DNA of 64,000 bases from an uncultured bacterium (GCA_963977015.1 CAXBMO010000001.1:192001-256000); one strand, 5' to 3'. Positions 28,062 through 38,456 are shown, numbered from the stretch's first letter. The notes: generated from the sequence alone by a model not told the origin. A program made the numbers and translations.

Positions 28062-28736
28062 GTGAAAGTTTTGGTCGTGGAAGATGAATCCCAAATTGCA
28101 TCGTTCATTGAGAACGGTCTCAAGGAGCAGGGCTTCATCGTGGATGTCGCGGACAATGGCATTGACGGTCTCGATTTCGCAACAGATCGAACCTACGATG
28201 CGATCGTTCTCGACGTAATGCTTCCGGGAAGGGATGGGCTCAGCATTCTTCGGCAACTGCGGGAGGCGCAGAACAACGTGCCGGTGATTTTGGTGACGGC
28301 ACGTGATGGCCGGGGTGAACGGGTCGAAGGGCTGGATCTGGGCGCGGATGACTATATCACGAAGCCGTTTTACATGGATGAACTGGTCGCCAGGCTTCGT
28401 TCGGTTTGGCGGCGATCGGCCGGTCAAGGATTGAGCGTGCTGACCGTGGCGAATCTGAGCGTGAACCTGATGACTCATGAGGTGACGCGCGATGGGACGC
28501 CGATTGAATTGGCCCACAAGGAATTTGCTCTGCTGGTCTATTTGATGCGGTCGGCGGGACGGGTCATGACCCGAACCCAGATTCTGGAGCAAGTCTGGGA
28601 ATATCAATTCGATCCAGGGACGAACATCGTCGATTCCTATATCGCGAGACTGCGCCGCAAGGTGGACGACGGATTTGAGCCCGCGTTGATCGAGACCTTG
28701 CGAGGAGTGGGCTACCGGCTCAAGACGGTGGATTGA
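28062..28736 (+). CDS. OmpR-family response regulator (CusR/CzcR-like)
   Basis: KVLVVEDE, LDVMLPG, GADDYITKPF, KEFALL, TNIVDSYIARLRRK, TLRGVGY. Confidence 0.93.
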   Translation: MKVLVVEDESQIASFIENGLKEQGFIVDVADNGIDGLDFATDRTYDAIVLDVMLPGRDGLSILRQLREAQNNVPVILVTARDGRGERVEGLDLGADDYITKPFYMDELVARLRSVWRRSAGQGLSVLTVANLSVNLMTHEVTRDGTPIELAHKEFALLVYLMRSAGRVMTRTQILEQVWEYQFDPGTNIVDSYIARLRRKVDDGFEPALIETLRGVGYRLKTVD

Positions 28737-28739
28737 GCA

Positions 28740-29543
28740 CTACGCCGGATCTTTCCGAAAGCACCAGGAGCGATAACTCAATTCTCCAGATTGGAGGGCG
28801 TCGTAAACTTTCGAATTCGGGACTCCGGCGAAATCCCTCCCCAATGAGTGCAGGAACGACGGAAGGCACGTTTCGACCAATTGAAGGCTTTTGCTGGCAT
28901 TTTGGTTCATCCCGCGAAGCACCTCTTGGCTGATATCGCGGGATTTGACGATCGAAAGGGCGCAATTGGAGATATCCCGTTCCCAATCAGAAAAGCCCTC
29001 GCGAAAGCGGAAGTCGGCATAGAGAAAATGACCTCCAGGTTGAAGAACGCGGTGAACTTCGGCCAAAAAGCCCGGGAAATCAGGATAACAGTGGGAAGCC
29101 TCGACATTGATGATGGCTGAAAAGCTTTCATCGGAAAACGGGAGAGCTTGCGCATTTCCCTGCAGGAAATTGAGATTTTCGAGCGAATGGCGTTCCTGGC
29201 AAAAGGCCACGCCCTTCGGGTTGAGATCCAGCGCGGTGGTCCGTTCGGGCTGAAACGTCCGTGTCACCCAGGAGGCGCCTCCGCCGTGGCCGCAACTGAC
29301 CTCGAGAATGCGTTGGCCGGCCAGATCGACCTGGGAAGCCACATGATGGTAAAGCTGGATGCAAAACCGGTTCGCTTCATCCTCGGGCTCGAGTTGCAGC
29401 TTGGCTGTCGCATCGTCGAGTTCTTCGAATGCGTAGTTCAGGAACAGAACATCCTTCTCCTGAAGCCGCTTCGTGAGATAGGGATACCAAAGGCGCCAGA
29501 TCGTCTCGCGAACCTGGTCAATAGCAAAAAGACGATCGAGCAT
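28740..29543 (-). CDS. Class I SAM-dependent methyltransferase (mycobacterial fatty-acid/phthiotriol O-methyltransferase-like)
   Basis: WYPYLT..DVLFLNYAFEE...IQLYHHVA...ILEVSCGHGGGAS...NVEASHCYP. Confidence 0.82.
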   Translation of the reverse strand: MLDRLFAIDQVRETIWRLWYPYLTKRLQEKDVLFLNYAFEELDDATAKLQLEPEDEANRFCIQLYHHVASQVDLAGQRILEVSCGHGGGASWVTRTFQPERTTALDLNPKGVAFCQERHSLENLNFLQGNAQALPFSDESFSAIINVEASHCYPDFPGFLAEVHRVLQPGGHFLYADFRFREGFSDWERDISNCALSIVKSRDISQEVLRGMNQNASKSLQLVETCLPSFLHSLGRDFAGVPNSKVYDALQSGELSYRSWCFRKDPA

Positions 29544-29565
29544 GATGGGGGGGGAGGCGGATTTC

Positions 29566-30099
29566 CTACCGAAGTGTATCGCTGGAATACTGCATCGATG
29601 CCGGTGGGGCTCGCAAATTCGGATGGTAGAGTTTTGCCTCGTTGTAGTGAAAGACGCTGCTGAAGAAAATGGTTCCAACCGCGAGAAGGATGGTGGCGAT
29701 GGTCAGGCCGGTTCCGACTTTGTTCTTGCCTCCGACGAGGAGCGCTCCAATCGCGACAGCAGCCGTGAGATAGTAGAGCCACTTCGCATTTCGTCGATTT
29801 TTGGTCTTCGCAATGAACCCTTCGGCCCGGTCAGGTTGGTCAATTTGGTAAACCTGGACAATTCGAGCCTCGGCAGCTCCGCGGCGGTTGAGATACGGGC
29901 CAATCATCATCGCGCACCCGGCGATGAGAATGAGACCTAGCATCTGACTCTTTGGTTCTTTGACGATCAGCGCGAACAGAAAGATGATCAGTCCCAGCCC
30001 GATCCCATAAATAAACATCGGCTCCAGCATCAGGTAGCCGTATTCCGGACTTCCCAGTGCGGTGAAAAATTCCCTCAGAAGCTGTTCGCTTTGGTTCAT
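29566..30099 (-). CDS. Hypothetical integral membrane protein (about 4 TM)
   Basis: 177-aa ORF with four hydrophobic segments, starting 9 nt after the ruvB stop. Confidence 0.72.
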   Translation of the reverse strand: MNQSEQLLREFFTALGSPEYGYLMLEPMFIYGIGLGLIIFLFALIVKEPKSQMLGLILIAGCAMMIGPYLNRRGAAEARIVQVYQIDQPDRAEGFIAKTKNRRNAKWLYYLTAAVAIGALLVGGKNKVGTGLTIATILLAVGTIFFSSVFHYNEAKLYHPNLRAPPASMQYSSDTLR

Positions 30100-30108
30100 G
30101 GTCGCAGC

Positions 30109-31128
30109 TCAGAGCAATTCAGTTTGGATCGGTGCGGGAGGCGTCGCGCCGAGTTTGGTGTAGGCTTTCGCCATGGCAACGCGACCGCGAGGGGTTCGTT
30201 TCAGATACCCCTGCATGATGAGGTAGGGCTCGTAAACCTCCTCGATGGTCGATTCATCTTCGCCGACTGCGACCGCGAGAGAGCCAAGGCCAACCGGTCC
30301 GCCATCGAACTTGAACAGGATTGCTTCCAACAACCGAATGTCCATTTCGTCCAGTCCTTCCGCGTCAATTTCAAGCATCGCCAGCGCCTGGTCGGCGACT
30401 GGCTGGGTGATGATGTTGTCCGCACGAACCTGGGCATAGTCACGAACCCAGCGAAGCAGATTGTTGGCGATTCGTGGCGTGCCGCGACTTCGGGCGGCGA
30501 TTTCGCGGGCGCCGTCATTGACGACGTCAATGTCGAGGAGGCGTGCAGAGCGCTCCACGATGTGCTGCAACTGGGAAACGTCGTAGTAATCAAGACGATT
30601 AATCGTTCCAAATCGACTGCGTAATGGTGCCGTCAACATGCCGGATCGCGTCGTCGCTCCCACCAGGGTAAATTTCGGCAAATTCAGCTGAATCGTCCGC
30701 GCATTGGGGCCCTGATCGATAATGATATCGAGCTTGAAGTCCTCCATCGCCGGATAGAGATATTCCTCGATGCTTGGGTGAAGCCGGTGGATTTCATCGA
30801 TGAAAAGTACGTCGCCCTCTTCTAATTTGGTCAAAATCCCGGCAAGATCACCGGCTTTCTCGATTTGAGGTCCGCTGGTGTTGTGGATGTTCGTCTCCGC
30901 TGCGTTCGCCAGAATATGGGCCAGTGTCGTCTTGCCAAGTCCCGGTGGCCCACTCAAAAGCACGTGGGACATCACGTCTCCGCGCTGTTTCGCGGCTTCA
31001 ACCATCAGCATCAACCGTTCTGTGACCTTCTCCTGACCACGGAAGTCCCGGAAGGCGGTCGGACGAAGCGACAGATCGAATTGCGTTTTTGGCGCTTGCG
31101 ATGTTTCGGTGTAGAATTGATCACTCAC
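30109..31128 (-). CDS. ruvB: Holliday junction branch migration helicase RuvB
   Basis: [62 protein letters not shown]. Confidence 0.97.
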   Translation of the reverse strand: MSDQFYTETSQAPKTQFDLSLRPTAFRDFRGQEKVTERLMLMVEAAKQRGDVMSHVLLSGPPGLGKTTLAHILANAAETNIHNTSGPQIEKAGDLAGILTKLEEGDVLFIDEIHRLHPSIEEYLYPAMEDFKLDIIIDQGPNARTIQLNLPKFTLVGATTRSGMLTAPLRSRFGTINRLDYYDVSQLQHIVERSARLLDIDVVNDGAREIAARSRGTPRIANNLLRWVRDYAQVRADNIITQPVADQALAMLEIDAEGLDEMDIRLLEAILFKFDGGPVGLGSLAVAVGEDESTIEEVYEPYLIMQGYLKRTPRGRVAMAKAYTKLGATPPAPIQTELL

Positions 31129-31432
31129 CGGTTGGCAGGTGGAAGGGGACAGTTTTTGATTGCTTTGTTAGCATTTCTTAGGATTCTAAAAATGCAAAGC
31201 AATTGTCGCGATAAGGACGCAGAATTGACGCGATTTTTCAGTTTACAAGTTCCTCTGCCTATCTTTCATCTAGCCGGAGATTTGGGAGAGATTTAAGAAT
31301 CTTGATTAATTGTGAATCGGAACTTTTCTCGTCTAAATCGAAAATAGCCTTGACCCAACGCTACTAATTTCCGAAAAGTGCGCGACCCGTGCCTTCTTGG
31401 GACTCCCTCAACACATTACCACCTATCAATAT

Positions 31433-33727
31433 ATGAACCGCCTGTTTAAGACAGCGTTCGCGGGCTTCTGCGCGACCGTCGTTTCGTTCTCCTTCCTGAC
31501 TCAAACGACCAACGCCCAGAGTGCAGACACCCCCAAAACGGTCAAGGACATCGACGTCCAATACATTGGGGACGCGAGTGTCAGTGCAGATCGCGTCCTT
31601 TCCAACATGTCGCTTAAGGTTGGGGATACCTTCTCCCAAGCGACGGTTGAGGACGACATTAAGAATTTGTTTGCCAGTGGCAGTTTCGAGAACATTCGCG
31701 TTCTGACCGAACCCGTTGGAGCCAATGGCGTTCGGGTCATCGTGGTCGTCCAAACGCGTTCGGTTCTCGGTAAAGTCGGCTTTCAGGGCAATACGGTCTT
31801 CTCCGATGAGAAACTGCGATCCAAAGCAGACTTGGAAGTCGGGCAGAATGTGAACGAGGGCGCAATCCAAGCGGGCGAACGCGAAATTCAAAAAGCGTAT
31901 CAGGAAGCTGGCTTTTCTGAAGCAACCGTCAGCTACGACATCGTTTCCGGCGGTCAGGAAGGGTTCTCGGATGTCCTCTACAAAATTGATGAGGGCGGCA
32001 AGAGTCTTTTGAGAGACATTGAGTTTGTCGGAAATACGGCATTCACCTCGAAAGAGCTTCGCAAGCTGATGAAGTCGAAAGAGACTTCGCTTCTGTCCGG
32101 AGTGACGAACTCCGGCAAGATCAACAGTGACCAGCTTGATGATGACATCGAGGCTGTTGAAAAACACTACCGCGATTCGGGATACTTGAACGCCGCAATC
32201 GTTGATACGCGCCGGGTCCGCGTGGATGACAAGCGAGTCGATCTGGTGGTGACCATCGATGAGGGCGATGTCTACAATGTCAGCAGCGTTCAGATTTCCG
32301 GCGCTCGTGCCTTCAACGTTGGCGACTTGTCTCCGTTCCTTAAATCAACGCCAGGTCAGCAATTCTCCGCCAAAACGGTTGAGGAAGACATCAATTCCCT
32401 GCGGGATTATTACGGTTCACGGGGTTATGCCGAAGCTCGGGTTACTCCTCAGTTGGATAGCGCGGGAGGAACAAACGTTGATGTGACCTACGATATTTTC
32501 GAGGGTGAGAAGTACTACATCGGCAAGATCAACATTCAGGGCAATGACAAGACGAAGGACAAAGTTCTTCGTAACGAGATGGCAATCGAGCCTGGCCAGA
32601 TTTACAACACCCCGCGGATTTCTGCGAGTAAGCGCCGTCTTGAGAACACCGGTTACTTCGCCTCCGTTGATGTCCTTCCAACCGAGACGGACCGTCCTGA
32701 ATACAAGGATCTCAACGTAACCGTAACGGAGCGTCCGACCGGAACCTTCAACTTTGGTGCCGGTTTCAGTTCGATCGACAACTTCGTGGGATTCGTTGAA
32801 GTAACGCAAACCAATTTCGACATTGGAAACTGGCCCGGACTGACCGGTGCAGGTCAACGATTCCGCGCAGCAGCACGGGTCGGAACCGAGCGGAAAGACT
32901 TCGTGATCAGCTTGACGGAGCCATGGTTCCTCAACCGTCCGCTGGCTCTCGGTGGTGAACTCTTCTACCGCGACCTTCTGTTCTTGAGCGATGATTACGA
33001 TCAGACCAACTACGGAACGGCAATCAACCTTCGGAAGAAGGTTGGCGAGCACAGCCACATCCGCAGTGAATACAAACTTCAGAGCGTTGAGATTGATGTG
33101 GATGGTGATGCTTCAGAAATCCTGATGGCAGAAGAAGGCGACTATCTGCAAAGCAAGATTGGGCTGGATTACATTCACGACACTCGTGACGATCTGTTCC
33201 TTCCTCGCAAGGGACACCGTTTCAACGTTGGTGCGGCTTATTCCGGGCTGGGCGGCGATGTTGAGGATACCCATTTCGAAATCGGTGGTATCCAATACAT
33301 GAACCTTCCGTTCGATACGATCTTCAGCTTCCAGGGTCACTTTAACTCTGTGTCCGGGGATGATGTGCCGATCTTTGATCGTAGATTCCTGGGTGGTGCC
33401 AACAACCTCCGTGGTTTCGACTTCCGCGACGTTGGACCGAAGGACGCGAGTGGAGAACCAATCGGTGGCCAGGCATCCGGTTGGGCAACAGCTGAATTAA
33501 CCGTCCCTATCATTCGTCAACTTCGGGGTGCACTCTTCTACGACATCGGTGTGGTTAGCCCGGACGACTTCAGTTTGGACGGAAACGTCAATTCAAACTT
33601 TGGTGTTGGTATCCGGCTTTTCCTCCCGGTTGGTCCTCTTCGCTTGGACTACGGTATTCCGGTCGACTCCGACGAATTCAACGACAGCAGCGGCCGATTC
33701 AACTTCAACATTGGCTACAGCTTCTAA
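31433..33727 (+). CDS. bamA: Outer membrane protein assembly factor BamA
   Basis: POTRA repeats, GNDKTKDKVLRNE, GGANNLRGF, GPLRLDYG, terminal FNFNIGYSF. Confidence 0.93.
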   Translation: MNRLFKTAFAGFCATVVSFSFLTQTTNAQSADTPKTVKDIDVQYIGDASVSADRVLSNMSLKVGDTFSQATVEDDIKNLFASGSFENIRVLTEPVGANGVRVIVVVQTRSVLGKVGFQGNTVFSDEKLRSKADLEVGQNVNEGAIQAGEREIQKAYQEAGFSEATVSYDIVSGGQEGFSDVLYKIDEGGKSLLRDIEFVGNTAFTSKELRKLMKSKETSLLSGVTNSGKINSDQLDDDIEAVEKHYRDSGYLNAAIVDTRRVRVDDKRVDLVVTIDEGDVYNVSSVQISGARAFNVGDLSPFLKSTPGQQFSAKTVEEDINSLRDYYGSRGYAEARVTPQLDSAGGTNVDVTYDIFEGEKYYIGKINIQGNDKTKDKVLRNEMAIEPGQIYNTPRISASKRRLENTGYFASVDVLPTETDRPEYKDLNVTVTERPTGTFNFGAGFSSIDNFVGFVEVTQTNFDIGNWPGLTGAGQRFRAAARVGTERKDFVISLTEPWFLNRPLALGGELFYRDLLFLSDDYDQTNYGTAINLRKKVGEHSHIRSEYKLQSVEIDVDGDASEILMAEEGDYLQSKIGLDYIHDTRDDLFLPRKGHRFNVGAAYSGLGGDVEDTHFEIGGIQYMNLPFDTIFSFQGHFNSVSGDDVPIFDRRFLGGANNLRGFDFRDVGPKDASGEPIGGQASGWATAELTVPIIRQLRGALFYDIGVVSPDDFSLDGNVNSNFGVGIRLFLPVGPLRLDYGIPVDSDEFNDSSGRFNFNIGYSF

Positions 33728-33844
33728 ATTTCAGAGAGCACGCTGTAAAAAATCACAAGCGTCGTCACATTGCGGCTTGATCTTTTCGGATCGGTTCCTA
33801 CGGTGGCGGCGCTTTAGTTTACAACCCTAACGACAACACATCTT

Positions 33845-34465
33845 ATGAAGAGCCGGTTTCTAACCGTTACACTCACAGCAGCCACCCTATTCGGAGCTGG
33901 GCAATTCCAACAAGCCCAAGCTCAAGACGTAAAGATGGGACTTATCGACTTTGCACGCATGCAACGTCAGTTCTATCGCACGGATTCAGAGCGCGAGCAG
34001 TTTGAAGCGCAACGCACTGAAGAACGCAACAAAGTCGAAGAACGGAAGGCAAAACTGAAAGAGCTGATTCAGCAGCAACAAACCGCTCAAAAAGAGTTGG
34101 GAGACGCAACCCTCAGTGAAGCCAAGAAGAAGTCGATCATGGATGAAGCCATGGAGCGCCAGGGCCAAATCACCAGTGCTCAACGCGAGATCTTGGAGCT
34201 GGAGACGCGCCTGAACAAGGAATTGGCTGACAAGGCCAATGAGATCCAGCGCAGCCTCACCAAAGAAATCTATGAAGTGATCGGCAAGGTGGCCGAGTCC
34301 AAAGGTTTGGACGTCGTCTTCAACCGGACATTTGGAATCAACGGCGTTCCTACCGTTGCATTCAGCAAGGCGAGCGATGCTCTTCCTGACTTCACAGATG
34401 AAGTTGTCGCAGAGCTCAACAAGGGAGCCCCAGCTGGTTGGAAGCCACCAGCAGATACGGAGTAA
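33845..34465 (+). CDS. skp: OmpH/Skp periplasmic chaperone
   Basis: Signal peptide, KMGLID, long coiled coil, GLDVVFN, DFTDEVV. Lies between bamA and lpxD. Confidence 0.85.
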   Translation: MKSRFLTVTLTAATLFGAGQFQQAQAQDVKMGLIDFARMQRQFYRTDSEREQFEAQRTEERNKVEERKAKLKELIQQQQTAQKELGDATLSEAKKKSIMDEAMERQGQITSAQREILELETRLNKELADKANEIQRSLTKEIYEVIGKVAESKGLDVVFNRTFGINGVPTVAFSKASDALPDFTDEVVAELNKGAPAGWKPPADTE

Positions 34466-34504
34466 ACCGACCCTGTTGAATTCGCAATAGAGCGAGTTTT
34501 TTTG

Positions 34505-34537
34505 ACGGCGGTGGGGAAACCTCACCGCCGTTTTTTT
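34505..34537 (+). terminator. Intrinsic terminator between skp and lpxD
   Basis: ACGGCGGTGGGG-AAA-CCTCACCGCCGT stem followed by a T run. Confidence 0.75.
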
Positions 34538-34555
34538 GTCGACCCAGATTTCCGA

Positions 34556-35596
34556 ATGAGAGTTAGCGTAAATGAGATCGCAAAGTTGGTGGAGGGAAAG
34601 ATCCTCCGTGGGCCAGAAGATCGGAATTTGACCAACATTGGAGCTCTGGAGGAGGCGCAGCCGGAAGACCTGAGTTTCTTCGGGAACGCGAAATACGGAG
34701 ATGCGTTGCGGCAAACCTCTGCGGGAGCTGTGTTGGTGCCCTTGGACTGCGATATTGAGCCGGAGGGGGCTGCGATCATTGCGGTTGAGAACCCGGTTTT
34801 GGCTTTCGATGTCGTGATCCGAAAATTCGGGGTTGAGGATCACGTTCTGGAACCAGGGATTCATCCCTCTGCTCATCTTGCACCAGACGTGGAGCTTGAT
34901 GCTTCAGCGGTGCAGGTCGGGCCTGGCGTTGTCATTGAATCTGGTTGCAGGATCGGTGACGGAACCATCATCGGCGCGAATTCGACGATTGGAATGAACA
35001 GCACGATTGGGACGGAGTGTCGACTCTACGCCCAGGTGGCTTTGCGAGAGGGAAGCGTGATCGGTGATCGGGTGATTTTGCACAGCGGTGCCGTGATTGG
35101 CGCCGATGGTTATGGATATGAGTTCGTGGATGGTCGGCACATGAAGATTCGTCAGGCCGGAAATGTCGAAATTCATGACGACGTCGAAATCGGTGCGAAC
35201 ACGACGATTGATCGAGCTCGATTTGGATCAACCGTGATCGGGGAGGGGACGAAGGTCGACAATCAGGTTCAGATTGGTCACAACGCCAAAATTGGGAAGC
35301 ATTGCCTCATCGTCGCCCAAACCGGGATGAGTGGGAGTTCGCAGCTGGGGGACTACTGCGTTGTGGCCGCGCAATCAGGAATCGCGGGTCATCTTAGTAT
35401 CGCTGCCAAGACGACCCTGGGAGCTCGATCCGGCGTGATTGCTGATATCCATGAGGCGGGAGGCACCTACTTTGGATATCCTGCCAAGGCTATGAAGGAC
35501 GTTCTCAAACTCCAGATGTATCAAAAGAAGATTCCTTCCCTGCTGAAGCGAGTGAAGGAACTGGAGGCCCGGGTCAAAGAAATGGAGTCTTCCTGA
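34556..35596 (+). CDS. lpxD: UDP-3-O-(3-hydroxymyristoyl)glucosamine N-acyltransferase
   Basis: LSFF.N.KY, hexapeptide repeats, GADGYG, EIGANTTIDR, KVDNQVQIGHN. Confidence 0.95.
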   Translation: MRVSVNEIAKLVEGKILRGPEDRNLTNIGALEEAQPEDLSFFGNAKYGDALRQTSAGAVLVPLDCDIEPEGAAIIAVENPVLAFDVVIRKFGVEDHVLEPGIHPSAHLAPDVELDASAVQVGPGVVIESGCRIGDGTIIGANSTIGMNSTIGTECRLYAQVALREGSVIGDRVILHSGAVIGADGYGYEFVDGRHMKIRQAGNVEIHDDVEIGANTTIDRARFGSTVIGEGTKVDNQVQIGHNAKIGKHCLIVAQTGMSGSSQLGDYCVVAAQSGIAGHLSIAAKTTLGARSGVIADIHEAGGTYFGYPAKAMKDVLKLQMYQKKIPSLLKRVKELEARVKEMESS

Positions 35597-35625
35597 CCGG
35601 CCGGGCCTATTGCTGACGAAGCAGT

Positions 35626-36567
35626 CTACTTTTCGACGATCCAGATATTGCGGAAGGCGACCGGGTTTCCGTGACCCTGAAAATAGATCAATCCCTTCTC
35701 TTTTTCCGGGCGACCGCCGCCGGCACCGGTTCCTTTGGGCAATTCCACATCGTCGTGGATGACGACACCATTCTGGCGGACCGTGATCCGCGCATTCGCG
35801 ACCTTCTTGCCATCTGAAAACCGGGGAGCCGTGAAGTCGATGTCGTAGGTTTGCCAACGAAGCGGAGGAAACGCCATCGGAGTGTCGGGAATCTTGAATT
35901 TGTAGAAGCTTCCGCACCACTGCTTGTTGCGCGACTGGGTTGAAAACGGGTTGGCGTCTTCCACAAGATTCAGGGCAAAGGAATCGAGCACCTGACATTC
36001 GTAGTTGTTGTAGATGTAGACTCCGCTATTGCCGCGGTCCTGACTACTGGGCTTGGTCGCGGGCTTGTAAGGGAGGCGAAATTCAACGTGCATGGTGAAA
36101 TCACCAACTGGAACCGTCGTTTGGCTTCCCGCCCAAATGTAACCGTCCTTCACCTCACCTTTGATGGTATCATTGGCCTCGCCATTGAAGTAAACCGCGG
36201 CACCTTCGGGCGCAGCTTTTCCCATTGTCGGGCTTTCACGCTCAATCTTCGTCAATCCTTCGATGTAGGCCGAAAATGCTTTCCCTTCCAAAACCTGGGA
36301 GGTTACTGGCGAACGATCCCAATCCGCGCCCGGCAAGCCACCTTGGTACGATGAAACCAGGAACTTGTCTCCGTCCATCGCGGAAGCCTGAACCCCCAGC
36401 TTCGCGCCATCCTTCTCACCAAGGTATTCTCCCTGAATCGCAAACGCGGGATGCTCAGCCAATGCCGTCTCGGGATCGACCCAGGTTCCAGGTTTGGAGG
36501 AGTCGGCAGCGTTGGCGAAAGTCGCGAGGCTCAGGAGCGCAAAAGCGAAAAAGCAGGGGTGTTTCAT
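35626..36567 (-). CDS. DUF1080 (3-keto-glycoside hydrolase family) secreted protein
   Basis: Signal peptide, DFTMHVEF, GNSGVY, YECQVLDS, WQTYDI, FQGHGNPVAFRNIWI. Confidence 0.88.
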   Translation of the reverse strand: MKHPCFFAFALLSLATFANAADSSKPGTWVDPETALAEHPAFAIQGEYLGEKDGAKLGVQASAMDGDKFLVSSYQGGLPGADWDRSPVTSQVLEGKAFSAYIEGLTKIERESPTMGKAAPEGAAVYFNGEANDTIKGEVKDGYIWAGSQTTVPVGDFTMHVEFRLPYKPATKPSSQDRGNSGVYIYNNYECQVLDSFALNLVEDANPFSTQSRNKQWCGSFYKFKIPDTPMAFPPLRWQTYDIDFTAPRFSDGKKVANARITVRQNGVVIHDDVELPKGTGAGGGRPEKEKGLIYFQGHGNPVAFRNIWIVEK

Positions 36568-36836
36568 AAGGATGGTTGGACGCGGTCGCGTCTGCGTTCA
36601 AGCGTTATTCGAGGTTGGGAGGAATCGAAATCAGGAGTTCGCGGGATTTCCGGTCTCCCGTGTGCCGTTGACGGCGATGACTTCCGTGATCTGTCGCATC
36701 CTCGAGAGGGTTTTCTGTCCGCTCAATGCACGGATTTTTCTGCCAACGGTTCCAACTTTCGGGAGCCAAATTGGCCAACCTTCCTGTGCAATACGCTCTG
36801 GACTTTTTACCCTGCCGACACTAAAGAATTGCAGTT

Positions 36837-38282
36837 ATGACAGACCAAAAAACTCCTAAGGATCAGCTGACTCGCCGCAAGTTCGGCAAGGTGGCTGGAG
36901 CGGCCGCATCGACGGCTTTCGGCTTTCAATTTGTTCCCGGCCACGTTTGGGGAGCCAACTCTGCTCCGGCATTGGCGGGAATCGGCATTCAAGGGAAAGG
37001 CTCGAGCGATATCGACAATTCGGCGACATCCGGATTCAAGGTTGTCGGCTTGGTTGACGTGGTTGACACGAAGCGCACTCCTGAGCTGGAAGGGAAGTTG
37101 AAGGGGTATGCGAACAAGCGCGAAAAGTATCCCGATGCGAAGTTTTACACCAGCTACGGTGATATGCTGGCTGATTTGGGCGACAAGGTCGACGCTGTCA
37201 CCGTTTCGACTCCCGATCATCATCACGCACACGCTGCGGTTGCAGCGATGAAAGCCGGCAAGCACGTCTATTGCCAGAAGCCGCTCACTCACGGGATTTG
37301 GGAAGCCCGCATGCTGGCCAAGGTCGCCAAGGAGACCGGCGTTAAGACCCAGATGGGCAACCAGGCCCACGCCAACGATCACATGCGCCGCGTTGTGGAG
37401 TTGGTTCGCGCCGGAATCATCGGCAAGGTCAAGGAAGTTCACTCCTGGACCAATCGTCCCATTTGGCCCCAGGGTTTCCAGACTCCTCCAGCTGCCGAGA
37501 AAGTTCCCGCATGGTTGGATTGGGAGCAGTGGATTGGGCCGGCCCCGTTTGTCGACTACAACCACAACATCGCTCCCTTCAAATGGCGCGGCTGGTGGCA
37601 CTACGGAACCGGCGCTCTCGGCGATATGGCCTGCCACATCATGGACATGTCCTACTGGGCTTGTGATCTTACCGCGCCGACCAGCGTGATGGCGAAGGAA
37701 GAAGGCGGCAGCGAAATCTCCGCCCCCATCAACTCCACCATCACCTATCAATTCCCGAAGAATAAGTATTCGGTGGATGGCGGGATCAAATACATGTGGT
37801 ACGACGGTCAGATTGGAGCCAAGTTCGACCGCGACAAGTGGTCCTTGATCAAAGGCGAATTCAATCGCCCCAAAGACGTCCTCGCCGGGCTTGATCACAC
37901 CGAGTCCAAAGGATTTGGCAGCGTCATCATCGGGGAGAAGGGCGAGCTCTTCTTCAACCGTAGCAAGAACAACTGGATCGTTCGCCCCAGCAGTGCGCTC
38001 GACGGATTCAAGGACTGGCCGGAACAGACCGTTCCCCGCGCCCGCAACCAGAATCCCCACGACGAATTCTACGATGCCGTGGTTGGCAAAATCGACCAGA
38101 CTCAGGGCAACTTCGACTACTCGGGTCCCTTCACCGAAGCTGTCCTCCTTGGTTGTGTGGCTCAACGCAATCCCAACACCAAGTTGGAATGGGATGCTGC
38201 CAAGATGGAATTCAAAGGCAAGCCGGAGACCAAGAAGCTCGTCAAGCGCGACTATCGCAAAGGCTGGGAGCTCAACGTCTAG
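36837..38282 (+). CDS. Tat-exported Gfo/Idh/MocA oxidoreductase
   Basis: TRRKF, DAVTVSTPDHHH, KHVYCQKPLTH, TQMGNQ, GALGDMACH. Confidence 0.92.
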   Translation: MTDQKTPKDQLTRRKFGKVAGAAASTAFGFQFVPGHVWGANSAPALAGIGIQGKGSSDIDNSATSGFKVVGLVDVVDTKRTPELEGKLKGYANKREKYPDAKFYTSYGDMLADLGDKVDAVTVSTPDHHHAHAAVAAMKAGKHVYCQKPLTHGIWEARMLAKVAKETGVKTQMGNQAHANDHMRRVVELVRAGIIGKVKEVHSWTNRPIWPQGFQTPPAAEKVPAWLDWEQWIGPAPFVDYNHNIAPFKWRGWWHYGTGALGDMACHIMDMSYWACDLTAPTSVMAKEEGGSEISAPINSTITYQFPKNKYSVDGGIKYMWYDGQIGAKFDRDKWSLIKGEFNRPKDVLAGLDHTESKGFGSVIIGEKGELFFNRSKNNWIVRPSSALDGFKDWPEQTVPRARNQNPHDEFYDAVVGKIDQTQGNFDYSGPFTEAVLLGCVAQRNPNTKLEWDAAKMEFKGKPETKKLVKRDYRKGWELNV

Positions 38283-38318
38283 GTTCGAGAAAACCCAGTT
38301 CCCGATTTTTCAAATCAC

Positions 38319-38349
38319 AAAACGCCCGTGGGAAACCGCGGGCGTTTTT
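38319..38349 (+). terminator. Intrinsic terminator, possibly bidirectional
   Basis: AAAACGCCCGTGG-GAAA-CCGCGGGCGTTTTT. Confidence 0.8.
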
Positions 38350-38456
38350 GTGGTTCTGTGATTGAACGACACTGGGAAGATGAAGAGGATCGCAAAAGGG
38401 CGCTATTCTTTCGTGAGCGCCAAACCAATAGGGCTTCCTTGAAAGTGGTTGAGCAA

